Assembly: GCA_043765655.1 (NCBI GenBank)
Contig: JAYUIW010000078.1
Coordinates: forward strand, 1-39,185
Direction of reading: 5' to 3'
Source of the DNA: a bacterium
Lineage (GTDB): Bacteria > Patescibacteriota > JACMRA01
Length of the DNA stretch: 39,185 nt
In this document: positions 22,864 to 31,269 of the stretch, in pieces
How positions within the stretch are numbered: position 1 is the first letter of the stretch
Layout: the number at the start of each line of letters is the position of its first letter
Position numbers and translations under genes: made by a program
The notes under the pieces: model-generated
What the model was told of the DNA's origin: nothing
Database searches by the model: none
What the model saw: only the letters and a program-made list of their open reading frames with translations

Positions 22864-24165
22864 ATGGATAACAACCAACTCAACAACTACGCGTCAGATG
22901 TTAATAATACTGGGAATATTTTGCCAAATGTAATCCCAAATCTCTCTCAAGGTACAATCCAAAATACAGACTATAGTAACTATACTAACTCCCAAAACAC
23001 ACCTCAAGTTCAATACGACGCTAACGGACAAGCAATATTCCAACAACCAATCCAATCAACAGACCCTAATTATACACAGTACAACGACCAATATGCTGGT
23101 CAATACGTAGATACCAATGGCTACTATCAACAACCCTCAGTCGATCAGTACTCTAACCCAACCAATTACGATTACACTACAGGTTATCCTGATCAATACT
23201 CTACCACGGCAACTGCTCCTATAGATTATTCTAGCGTTCAATACGATCAATATGGACAAGCGATTAACAATACTTCAGTTGATTATAATTCTGCTGCGAA
23301 CTACGATTATTCTAATACTCAGAATCTAACTTATCCTGAGAACTACAGTGAATATAATCCACAAGGATATCAGACTCAAGATAACAATATAATTAATAAT
23401 GATGCTTCGAGTTCTTTTGACACTAGTTCTGTCGTTACCAAAAAACCTAATTCTAACTTAATTCTTATTGGAATAGCTGGACTGGTCTCACTATTGTTAA
23501 TCGGAGCTGGAGTTTTCTTTTATTTTTTTACTAGGTCAAAGACAACACAACAACCAGTGGATACCTTAACATCGTCTTCAATAGCAACCGAAACAACAAG
23601 CTCAAGTTCGTTAGATGCAATGATCAAAACACCAACAACTTCCACAACTGGGGGAAGCGACACACCTGCTAGTCGAGCCAAAACTTTAAGCGCAACGACT
23701 CTTCCTGCTCAGTGGCTTTTGTCTAACTTTAAGGCAACTTCTAACCCTGACGGGACTTGTTCCAAATTACTGGTATGTGGGCCTGAGGCAGACCCTGATA
23801 ACGACAATCTATCTAATATAGAAGAGTACAACTTCTCAAGTTCTCCAACTCAATCTGATACTGATAGTGATGGGGTTGCTGATGGTGATGAAGCTTTTGT
23901 ATACTATACTAACCCAACCAAAAAAGACTCAGACGCAGATACTTTTGATGATGCTAGTGAGCCTGCCAACTGTTTTGATCCAATTGATTCAACTGGCGCC
24001 AAGCTCAGCTCAGCTAGACAAAAACAAATCGTAGCAAGTATCAAATCTCTAAAATCAGGAACATTATCCAAAACAACTCAGGATATGCTTGTCGAAAAAG
24101 GAGTTAGCGAACTTAATATCGAAACTGGATTCAACAGTTCTAAGTGTGGAACCATTGTTAATTAG
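22864..24165 (+). CDS. single-pass membrane protein with Q/N/Y-rich low-complexity N-terminal half, S/T-rich linker and thrombospondin type-3-like Ca-binding repeats
   Basis: About 190 aa of N/Q/Y/T-rich sequence, then TM segment LILIGIAGLVSLLLIGAGVFFYFF. After that come DPDNDNLSNIEEY, DTDSDGVADGDE, NPTKKDSDADTFDD. Confidence 0.7.
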   Translation: MDNNQLNNYASDVNNTGNILPNVIPNLSQGTIQNTDYSNYTNSQNTPQVQYDANGQAIFQQPIQSTDPNYTQYNDQYAGQYVDTNGYYQQPSVDQYSNPTNYDYTTGYPDQYSTTATAPIDYSSVQYDQYGQAINNTSVDYNSAANYDYSNTQNLTYPENYSEYNPQGYQTQDNNIINNDASSSFDTSSVVTKKPNSNLILIGIAGLVSLLLIGAGVFFYFFTRSKTTQQPVDTLTSSSIATETTSSSSLDAMIKTPTTSTTGGSDTPASRAKTLSATTLPAQWLLSNFKATSNPDGTCSKLLVCGPEADPDNDNLSNIEEYNFSSSPTQSDTDSDGVADGDEAFVYYTNPTKKDSDADTFDDASEPANCFDPIDSTGAKLSSARQKQIVASIKSLKSGTLSKTTQDMLVEKGVSELNIETGFNSSKCGTIVN

Positions 24166-24214
24166 TTTATATTTATACCAATAACAACATTCTAAGTCTT
24201 ATTATTCTCTTTAA

Positions 24215-24257
24215 GAAGACGTGAGCTCAATAAGCTCGGAGATTTTTTTAATCTGTA
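24215..24257 (+). terminator. terminator, degenerate family A copy
   Basis: CTCTTTAAGAAGAC, then GTGAGCT-CAATA-AGCTCGG, then AGATTTTTTT. Compare GTGAGCC-AAA-GGCTCGGGGATTTT at 2117. Confidence 0.55.
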
Positions 24258-24478
24258 GTTCTTGAATTTATAGTAGGATGACTTCCATAATCTCAAGTGT
24301 AACTTGTAACTATTGCTTTTTATGATCTAAAAAAGTAACTGATAGGCTAAGGTTGCACTCTATTTATTTCAAATAAATAGTTCTAATTTTTGATAACGAA
24401 TAAAATAATCTCGCAAATACTAATAAAGTTTTTTACATCCAAAGTAAACTTCCAACCAAACTAAAAAATAATATTCTT

Positions 24479-25282
24479 ATGAATCAAAAACTTAATTTTA
24501 GACAATTTTTATCACTTTTCATATTTTTGGTAATAACTCTTCAAGTCCTTGGGCTATTCATTACCGACATTGTCAAGGTCAACGAGCGTCAAGTTGCCGT
24601 AATTTCACGTTTTGGCAAAGTTATCGACACCAAGACTGCAGGATGGCATCTCAAAATTCCGTATGTAGACAGTGTTGCAGCGATTTATGACAGTGCAGTT
24701 CAATCCGTCAGCGCAGAAGCTGCTTGTGCAACTCGTGACCAACAGTCAATTAAGGTTCTAGTTAATGTTCAATTCCGTCTTGATCCAACCAAAGCTCTCG
24801 ATCTGTTCAGGACAGTCAAAGATCAGGAATATCTCAACGATTCTATTATTCCACCGATAATCCAAGAAACAATCAAGTCCCAAACTGCTAAGTTTTCTGC
24901 AGTTGAGTTGTTAGAAAAACGTGACATTCTCAAGGTCAATACCGAAAATGCCCTCAACGAAAAGCTCAAGGAATATTTTAGCTCCATAGCCAGTGTCAAT
25001 ATTGCTAATATCGATTTTTCTGATCAGTTCGATAAGGCAATTGAACAAAAAGTAATTGCAGAGCAACAAGTTGAGCAAAAAAAACAAGAACTGGAACAAG
25101 AAAAACTAAAAGCTCAAATCAGAATTACTGAAGCTGAAGGAATCGCCAAATCCACCGAAATTACAGGAAAAGCTCTCAAAGAAAATCCAGAAACCATCGA
25201 GCAATCCAAAGTCAACAAATGGGACGGCAAGCTTCCACAAGTCTCTGGCTCTAATTCCATAATTAATTTGGACAAAAAGTAG
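24479..25282 (+). CDS. SPFH/Band-7 (prohibitin/HflC-like) membrane protein
   Basis: N-terminal TM segment, then VNERQVAVISRFGKV...GWHLKIPYVDSV and a C-terminal E/K/Q coiled coil. Confidence 0.8.
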   Translation: MNQKLNFRQFLSLFIFLVITLQVLGLFITDIVKVNERQVAVISRFGKVIDTKTAGWHLKIPYVDSVAAIYDSAVQSVSAEAACATRDQQSIKVLVNVQFRLDPTKALDLFRTVKDQEYLNDSIIPPIIQETIKSQTAKFSAVELLEKRDILKVNTENALNEKLKEYFSSIASVNIANIDFSDQFDKAIEQKVIAEQQVEQKKQELEQEKLKAQIRITEAEGIAKSTEITGKALKENPETIEQSKVNKWDGKLPQVSGSNSIINLDKK

Positions 25283-25311
25283 AAAACTACAAAGATAAAA
25301 TTAAACTTCTT

Positions 25312-25352
25312 AAAACAAAAACCACCCTATTAATTTAAGGTGGAATTTTTTT
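25312..25352. terminator. bidirectional terminator
   Basis: CCACC-CTATTAATTTAA-GGTGG, flanked by an A-run (25312-25321) and a T-run (25346-25352). Confidence 0.6.
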
Positions 25353-25374
25353 AGAATTTTTGGGCAAGAAAAAG

Positions 25375-25607
25375 AGGTTTCACACCCCTTGAAAACAAAA
25401 TAAATGAGTTGAAACCTTCCCTGTTCAGTTAATTAAATGTATTTTGGAAATTAGATATAGTTAATAATTATTAGTTATTATTATAATTCTAATGTTAAGA
25501 CTGTAAGGAGTTTATTCGGAGAATTATTGTTAACGTTACTATTTTTTTTACTTGTTACAACTATTCTCGGGTTATTTAGGAACTAATGCTCCGAACTAAT
25601 TCGTTAC
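25375..25607 (-). ncRNA. candidate ~230-290-nt small RNA (unknown class)
   Basis: Perfect consensus promoter at 25614-25642. No ATG at all on this strand between the predicted TSS and the AGGTTTCA...TGAAACCT hairpin plus CTTTTTCTT (about 25375-25425). Internal long-range pairing TTCGGAG/CTCCGAA. Confidence 0.45.
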
Positions 25608-25613
25608 TTTAAT

Positions 25614-25642
25614 ATTATACACAATATTTTTTTGGTTGTCAA
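25614..25642 (-). promoter_or_regulatory. orphan perfect-consensus promoter
   Basis: TTGACA (25642-25637), exactly 17 nt, TATAAT (25619-25614). It lies downstream of the zwf stop and points into ORF-free DNA. Confidence 0.6.
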
Positions 25643-25659
25643 ATGTTATTACAACTTTA

Positions 25660-26904
25660 TTAGTTTAAAATAATTTTATTAATAATATTCCAACCTTCAA
25701 TAACCTCATCATAATCAACAAAATAAGCATATTGATTATTAATTAAATCTTCAAAAACATTAGTATGATCGAGATTATTCTTTTTTGTAAAATTGATTTT
25801 TTTTGTAAAATTTTGAATATTTATGTTATCAAAAAAGTTTTTATTATCACATATAATTAATGATTCAGGTTGGATTTGCCAATTTATATTTTGGATATTA
25901 CTAGAATTAGTTTCAAAATCTATCTCAATATCTGTTATTTTTTGTATTTGTTTTTTGCCAGATTCTAACTCTACAATTATTATCTTGGAGCGATCCTGTC
26001 CAATAAGTTCAATTTTTATAACAACCTCAAAATATGTCTCAGTCTTAGATCCTGAGATTCCAATATCCACATCATAACCTTCGTACTGCGAGGTTTTTTG
26101 GTTAATTAACTCAACATTGCCAATCCTTACCGTTCCACACAAATTCTTGAGCGTCAACTTCAACAAAGAATACAAATGAACCAACATATCACGCCTAGCT
26201 CCAATCGTGTCGTAATAACCACCACGGCCTTCGACACCTAAAGTTTCTAGAATTCTAATTTTTATTTTTTTTAGATTTTGAATATCACAAAACTCATTAT
26301 TATTAAACTTTTCCAAAGCTTCTCCAAAATTAATACGCGTTGAGTTTTTGAACAGATAATGATCGATGAATCGAACACGGTTTTGGATTTTGCACTTTTT
26401 AATTATATTTATAATCCTTAATGCTTCTTGTTTGTTTTCTCCGAAGGGTTTTTCGATTAGAACATCAATCTTCTGGGAACCAAATTGACAAGAACTTTCA
26501 ATAAAATCTTTATAGACACTAGGTGGAACAGCCAGGTACACAATTAATCTATCTTGAGGTCGCAATTCACTAACCAGATTATGATAAACCTCAAAATTGT
26601 CGTATTGCCCTTGTTCCAGGATTATTTTGGGCAAATTACACTCGTCTTGATTCGTATATTCACGAATTTGATCAATATCAGCCTTAGATCTAGAGTAGCC
26701 AATTAATTCTATCTCATAATTATCTTTGCAAAAGGCTGTGAACTGACCAACTGCAGGTAAGATTTTGAGCTGTGCTAGATTGCCAGTAATTCCTAGAACT
26801 AGGAACTTAATTTTAGGTTTTTGGTTAATATTGATATTAGAATTATTTATATTATTTGTATTATGCATTGCCATTAGATTAATTGTTACTAAATTATGAC
26901 TCAT
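25660..26904 (-). CDS. zwf: glucose-6-phosphate 1-dehydrogenase (divergent)
   Basis: VLGITGNLAQLKILPAV (NADP site), YLAVPPSVY, EKPFGEN, IDHYLFK, GVEGRGGYYDTIGARRDM. The true start may be Met11 or Met13 (MAMHNT). Confidence 0.75.
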   Translation of the reverse strand: MSHNLVTINLMAMHNTNNINNSNININQKPKIKFLVLGITGNLAQLKILPAVGQFTAFCKDNYEIELIGYSRSKADIDQIREYTNQDECNLPKIILEQGQYDNFEVYHNLVSELRPQDRLIVYLAVPPSVYKDFIESSCQFGSQKIDVLIEKPFGENKQEALRIINIIKKCKIQNRVRFIDHYLFKNSTRINFGEALEKFNNNEFCDIQNLKKIKIRILETLGVEGRGGYYDTIGARRDMLVHLYSLLKLTLKNLCGTVRIGNVELINQKTSQYEGYDVDIGISGSKTETYFEVVIKIELIGQDRSKIIIVELESGKKQIQKITDIEIDFETNSSNIQNINWQIQPESLIICDNKNFFDNINIQNFTKKINFTKKNNLDHTNVFEDLINNQYAYFVDYDEVIEGWNIINKIILN

Positions 26905-27085
26905 TTAGAATCTAGTTGTCAATTCTGTTTTTTTGGAACAATAACTAATCTTGTTAACTTTAACCCAAAAAAATAAAGAATATTACCCAAATATTACCCA
27001 AAAAATAAAATATAACCATAGTTCAAATTTTGTTGAAAATAGAGCAATAATGCAAGATTTGGAAGTCAAAATTCAAAATTAATAC

Positions 27086-27122
27086 TTGACAAAAAGTAAA
27101 ATATATACGATATTAATATCGT
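27086..27122 (+). promoter_or_regulatory. promoter with overlapping perfect 16-bp palindrome ACGATATTAATATCGT (27107-27122)
   Basis: TTGACA 27086-27091, 17 nt, GATATT 27109-27114. The palindrome covers the -10 and TSS region. Confidence 0.45.
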
Positions 27123-27150
27123 ACCCACCAAAATAAATATTACAAAAAGT

Positions 27151-27327
27151 ATGTCAGAATTTAATATTTTTAATAACAATCGTTGGGGCGACCTCGGCGG
27201 TCTCCCAACAGCTCCACATGATTCAATAGATGATGAGTTGTCTAATTTTATGGGCTTTAGTAGTCTCAACGATGATGACTCTGATGATGTAAATGATGAT
27301 GTAAATGACGATAATATTGAAGAATAA
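27151..27327 (+). CDS. small highly acidic protein (58 aa, below the track cutoff)
   Basis: Hand translation: MSEFNIFNNNRWGDLGGLPTAPHDSIDDELSNFMGFSSLNDDDSDDVNDDVNDDNIEE. Preceded by a promoter. Preferred over the antisense track ORF 27066-27425. Confidence 0.45.
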   Translation: MSEFNIFNNNRWGDLGGLPTAPHDSIDDELSNFMGFSSLNDDDSDDVNDDVNDDNIEE

Positions 27328-27419
27328 TTAACCAAATATTCAATTTTATTTGACATTTTAATCCAATTTAATATATAATCTATACTGTTATCAACAATTT
27401 TTATAATATTCACAAAAAT

Positions 27420-27773
27420 ATGCAAAACAAAATTTCTAACTCAGGTATGAGCGTTGCTCAAGAGTTCATGGGCTTCCTAAAAAAATTCGGTGTTATCGGT
27501 CTCGCGATCGGTGTAGTAGTAGGTAGTGCGGTCAAAGAATATGTCGATGTAATCGTCAAATCACTCATTGATCCAGTTGTCAAAGTAATCCTAGGATTAG
27601 TAAAATTTCAACCAGGAGGAGCTATCAAACTAGATGCTACTAACTCACTTCTTATTGGTGATCTTATCAGTGGTACCATTAGTTTTATAGTTGTTCTAGC
27701 TATCGTATTCATTACTGTCAAAGTAGTCCTTAGCAAATTCATGTCTAAAGAAGAGATGGACGCAATTAAATAG
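27420..27773 (+). CDS. mscL: large-conductance mechanosensitive channel MscL
   Basis: EFMGFLKKFGVIGLAIGVVVGSAVKEYVDVIVKSLIDPVV fits the MscL TM1 signature, and a second TM segment follows. It may start at Met10 (ATG 27447, MSVAQEF). Confidence 0.85.
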   Translation: MQNKISNSGMSVAQEFMGFLKKFGVIGLAIGVVVGSAVKEYVDVIVKSLIDPVVKVILGLVKFQPGGAIKLDATNSLLIGDLISGTISFIVVLAIVFITVKVVLSKFMSKEEMDAIK

Positions 27774-27806
27774 TTTTAACACTTTTGTAGAGCCATAAAA
27801 AACATT

Positions 27807-27830
27807 CCACCGATTAGGTGGTTTTTTGTT
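27807..27830 (+). terminator. mscL terminator
   Basis: CCACC-GATTA-GGTGG followed by TTTTTTGTTT. Confidence 0.65.
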
Positions 27831-28033
27831 TAGTAAAATTTGGCAAAGATATTGTATACACCAATATCACTTTCAACTTTTACAAAATACCTTTCAAAAA
27901 GCAAATAAATTACTTTACTTCAAAGTGTTTTTGGGTAAAAGTCAGTCAAAGTTCATATGGGCTTGGGTGTAAACTGATCCCAGAACAGCTTAGAGTTGAC
28001 TTTAAGATTAACTTCTGCCAAACTATAAATATC

Positions 28034-28819
28034 ATGACCTTTCTCCAACGAACTCTCGGCAAAAATTACAAGTGGGTTTATTTATTTTTGTTTAATCTAA
28101 AATCTTTAACGACTTACTTTTGGACAGATTTATTCTGGTATTCTTCACAGGTAATTAATTTGTTTGTTGTGGTTTTCCTTTGGCAAATATCCAACCGAGT
28201 TGATAATCAAGAAGTAATTCAATATGTATTAATGGCGAATATTTTTTTTACTTTGAGCTCTAATCAGACTTACTGGTTAATATCTAATAGAATTTATGAA
28301 GGGAAGATAACTAATGAATTAATTAGTCCAACCAGTGTTTTTAATCATTATTTTTGGGGTAAAAGCATCGGGTATGCAGTCAAAAATATATTTTCAATTG
28401 GAATTGCAACCTTACCTTTAATGATTTGGTTTCGTGGGAATTTGAACTTTCAAGGGAATTTTATAATTATTCTAATGCTACCAATTGCGTTTTCAATCAA
28501 GTATTTTTTGAATATGAGTATTGGTTTTGTTGGTTTCTGGGTCAAAGAAAATTTTGGAACTATGAATTTGTATGAGAATATTTTACCCCTAATTTCAGGA
28601 GCTTTGGTTCCACTATCAATTATTAATATTCCGATATTACAAGAGCTACCAACTTCTTATCTTCTCCATCATCCTATGCAGATTTATCTTGGTAAGTACG
28701 ATAATATTCAGATTGCTCAAACCTTTACAGGTGGAATTGTATGGTGTTTTGCGCTTTGGATTTTGGCAAGGTTAATCTTCCGAGCTGGACTCAAAAAGAA
28801 TGAAGCTGTGGGATTGTAG
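28034..28819 (+). CDS. polytopic membrane protein, possibly an ABC-2-type permease
   Basis: About 6 hydrophobic segments. Start moved to ATG 28034, because the track start 27818 is a GTG inside the mscL terminator. The family assignment is tentative and no ATPase gene is adjacent. Confidence 0.4.
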   Translation: MTFLQRTLGKNYKWVYLFLFNLKSLTTYFWTDLFWYSSQVINLFVVVFLWQISNRVDNQEVIQYVLMANIFFTLSSNQTYWLISNRIYEGKITNELISPTSVFNHYFWGKSIGYAVKNIFSIGIATLPLMIWFRGNLNFQGNFIIILMLPIAFSIKYFLNMSIGFVGFWVKENFGTMNLYENILPLISGALVPLSIINIPILQELPTSYLLHHPMQIYLGKYDNIQIAQTFTGGIVWCFALWILARLIFRAGLKKNEAVGL

Positions 28820-28830
28820 AGATTCAAACT

Positions 28831-29622
28831 TTACTTAACTTCTAGATATTTGCGACCAAATAACTCTTCACTCATAACATAATCACCGTGTTTGACTCTA
28901 ATTAATCTTTTGGTAGTATTACCGAAGACCTCGCACATTCTGCGAATCTGATTGTTACGACCTTCAGATAGTTCAAAAGTATACCAAGAAAATTCTGGAG
29001 TTAACTTGAGATAACCGTACTTGGAATCAACCCCCAAATCTCTAATTGGCTTAATATCAACTGGATTGAGCTTATATTCATCGATTTCTAGATCTCCACT
29101 ACTTGCCATATTAATGAATCTAGATTCTAGCTTACGAACTAGCCCAACGAGATATATCTTGTCACTGCCATGACTGGGATGAGTTAATTGATTGATTAAT
29201 TCGCCGTCGTTGGATAATACCAAAAGCCCTTCGGACATATAATCTAGCCTCCCTGCACTCTTGAGAGGTGCTAATTCGTGAGGTATGAAGTCATAGATTG
29301 TTTTGCGTTCTTGTGGGTCGAATCTCGTTGTAACAGTGTATACAGGCTTGTAGATCAGGAATACTCTAGATCCAGAATTCATGTTTTCTAAGGTTTTGAG
29401 TTCGCCGTTGGAACCTTGGTATTGAACAATATCCTTATCAATATCAATTGTCAAACCCAGCACAGCCACAGAGCCATTAACCATAACATTACCTTTGGCA
29501 ATTTGTTCGTCGATTTGGCGGCGGGATAATCCTGTAACTTTGGCGAGAGCTTTGTTGAGGCGAGTTTTGGTAGAGGTTGACTCAGTCTCAAAATTACTGT
29601 CTATAGATTTGCTAATATTCAT
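28831..29622 (-). CDS. RsuA/RluB-family pseudouridine synthase with N-terminal S4 domain
   Basis: S4 segment RLNKALAKVTGLSRRQIDEQIAKGNVMVNG. Catalytic motif GRLDYMSEGLLVLSNDGEL, plus NNQIRRM. Confidence 0.85.
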   Translation of the reverse strand: MNISKSIDSNFETESTSTKTRLNKALAKVTGLSRRQIDEQIAKGNVMVNGSVAVLGLTIDIDKDIVQYQGSNGELKTLENMNSGSRVFLIYKPVYTVTTRFDPQERKTIYDFIPHELAPLKSAGRLDYMSEGLLVLSNDGELINQLTHPSHGSDKIYLVGLVRKLESRFINMASSGDLEIDEYKLNPVDIKPIRDLGVDSKYGYLKLTPEFSWYTFELSEGRNNQIRRMCEVFGNTTKRLIRVKHGDYVMSEELFGRKYLEVK

Positions 29623-29891
29623 TGTTATAGTATGCTTTAGTTTTGACTCTTTGGCAAATTAATAATTCCAAGAATCGCAAAATTGTTTTGTATTGGGTGT
29701 GCAAAAAAATTATTCCATAAATAAAATATCTCTATTTTTTCTAATCCCATAATAATCTCTTAAGTAATCAGTCGTTCCAAATTTATTCCAGCCATTTTTT
29801 AGTCTTTCAAAAATTTCTTTGTTGAGAACTATCCTATACACTAAACTCTAAAAATTCTCAAGCAGTCTAAAGCCGTTAATTTTATACCAAC

Positions 29892-29915
29892 AAAAAAACC
29901 TACTAATAAAAGTAG
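29892..29915 (-). terminator. rplJ terminator
   Basis: Minus strand: CTACT-TTTATT-AGTAG followed by GTTTTTTTG. Confidence 0.5.
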
Positions 29916-29948
29916 ATAATATTTTTGGGTTCAAAAAACCTATTTGGA

Positions 29949-30479
29949 CTATTTGGATTTGGCGACTTCGCTAATAGCGCGAGCAGTTGATCCTGGAATT
30001 TCTTTAATTGTAAGAGCAATTTTGGCAATGATTGCGTTAATTGTACCTGCGGTCTTGGCGATTGAAGTCTCGAGAGAATCAATATTAGCGTAGGACTTGG
30101 CAGTACTAGAATCAACGAATTCGCCGTTAATAATCGCACCAACAATATTGAAATTGTCTTGGAAACCTTGGTCAATAACATCGACGAAGTTCTTGGGAAC
30201 GATTACTTCATTAGTCTGCTCAGAGTCTGCAAGGTATGCAATATATGTCTGACCGCTAAGCTGTGGAACTGAAGGAAAGTTTTTTTCGATGATGGAGTTT
30301 TTAATGACTTTGATAACTAGGCCGACCTTATTGGCATTAGATCTAATAGCAAAATTAGTTGCTGCATCAATAGTTTTTTTGGTGTCGTTAGTGGTAACGA
30401 TTACAATTGATTTTTGAGGATTCACGAACGATTGCAAATCACTCATTATCATATTTTTTTTGGTTTTGGAGATAGCCAT
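29949..30479 (-). CDS. rplJ: 50S ribosomal protein L10
   Basis: Colinear with E. coli L10 by eye: MAISKTKKNMIMSDL, ..AIRSNANKVGLVIKVIKNSII, GQTYIAYL, INGEFVDSS....A.I.SLETSIAK. Confidence 0.75.
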   Translation of the reverse strand: MAISKTKKNMIMSDLQSFVNPQKSIVIVTTNDTKKTIDAATNFAIRSNANKVGLVIKVIKNSIIEKNFPSVPQLSGQTYIAYLADSEQTNEVIVPKNFVDVIDQGFQDNFNIVGAIINGEFVDSSTAKSYANIDSLETSIAKTAGTINAIIAKIALTIKEIPGSTARAISEVAKSK

Positions 30480-30501
30480 AATATTATATTTGAGTTAGAA
30501 T

Positions 30502-31086
30502 TTACATTTCGTGGATATTGGTGAATGGAATTAGAGCCATATGTCTTGCACGCTTGATAGCCTGTGAGATTTTTCTTTGGTTCTTACTAGTCGAGCCAGT
30601 TCGCTTTTTACCGAAGATTTTGTGGTATGGAGACGTAAAGGTACTCAATAGTTCGATGTCTTTGTAGTCGATTTCACGAAGACCCATAGCGTTAACAATA
30701 CACTTTTTGTTGTTACCAAGACCTTTGTTCATGTCTCTGTGAGAAAGAATGTCAAAAGAAGTCTTTTTTTCTTTGGATTTTTGGACCAAAAAGTCTGTTT
30801 GGTTAATAACTAAGTAGCGAATAATTCCCTCTAAGGAGTTTATTTTGGCTTCGATTGTCTTGAGCTTGGAACAGTCAAAAATATCAAGATCAAAGTCAAT
30901 ATTGACGTAGAATCCTGTATTGAACTTGGTAATAGGGTAGGCTAGTTTCTTGAGTCCTTCTTTGTTGACATTAATATTAACTGCATTAATGCTGACAAGG
31001 TAAGAATTCAGGTTATCTAGCTCTGCGCCTACATTCTCGGAGCTAAGATTGGGGTTGAGAATAAGGTATATATTATAATTTTGCAT
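30502..31086 (-). CDS. fused ribosomal protein S6-S18 (single 194-aa ORF)
   Basis: The N-terminal ~105 aa match the S6 pattern (YNIYLILNP...EGLKKLAYPI..FNTGFYV...IIRYLVI). The C-terminal ~65 aa match the S18 pattern (KKC....G..EIDYKDIELLSTF.S...KI...RTG.....QRKISQAIKRARHMALIPF). A ~30-aa linker joins them with no stop or frameshift. Confidence 0.8.
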   Translation of the reverse strand: MQNYNIYLILNPNLSSENVGAELDNLNSYLVSINAVNINVNKEGLKKLAYPITKFNTGFYVNIDFDLDIFDCSKLKTIEAKINSLEGIIRYLVINQTDFLVQKSKEKKTSFDILSHRDMNKGLGNNKKCIVNAMGLREIDYKDIELLSTFTSPYHKIFGKKRTGSTSKNQRKISQAIKRARHMALIPFTNIHEM

Positions 31087-31224
31087 AACAGTGGTAATTT
31101 GTGTTTACGACCTTATAATCATGACATTTTGTAGTGCTTTTGTCAAGGTGATTAAACTTGTTTTGATCGTAATTTCACCTTATTTTGTCTTTATGAATAA
31201 AGAAGATACCCTCATTCCACTACG

Positions 31225-31269
31225 TATCTTCTAAAATAAAATTTTCGAGCCTTCAGCTAACCCTTTAGG
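31225..31269 (-). terminator. family A terminator copy (minus strand, after pheS)
   Basis: Minus strand reads CCTAAAGGGTTAGCTGAAGGCTCGAAAATTTTATTTTAGAAGATA. Its last ~28 nt nearly match GGCTCGGGGATTTTATTTTAGAAGATA at 2126-2152. Confidence 0.5.

Noticed and set aside
27066-27425. 119-aa minus-strand ORF from the track
   Set aside because: It has Ser-rich, low-complexity composition that mirrors the GAT/GAC-rich acidic ORF on the plus strand. It has no promoter and overlaps both the mscL start and the plus-strand promoter. The plus-strand 58-aa ORF is preferred, though still unproven.
27818-28033. 72-codon N-terminal extension of the membrane protein ORF
   Set aside because: The GTG start lies inside the mscL terminator hairpin. 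The extension is not hydrophobic or conserved-looking, and the first ATG followed by TM segments is at 28034.
29710-29841. 43-codon minus-strand ORF (GTG start) reading VYRIVLNKEIFERLKNGWNKFGTTDYLRDYYGIRKNRDILFME, in the rplJ-pseudouridine synthase spacer
   Set aside because: It has a protein-like composition and may be a gene remnant or a real small protein. But it has no ATG start, no promoter and no recognisable family, and it is too short to call.
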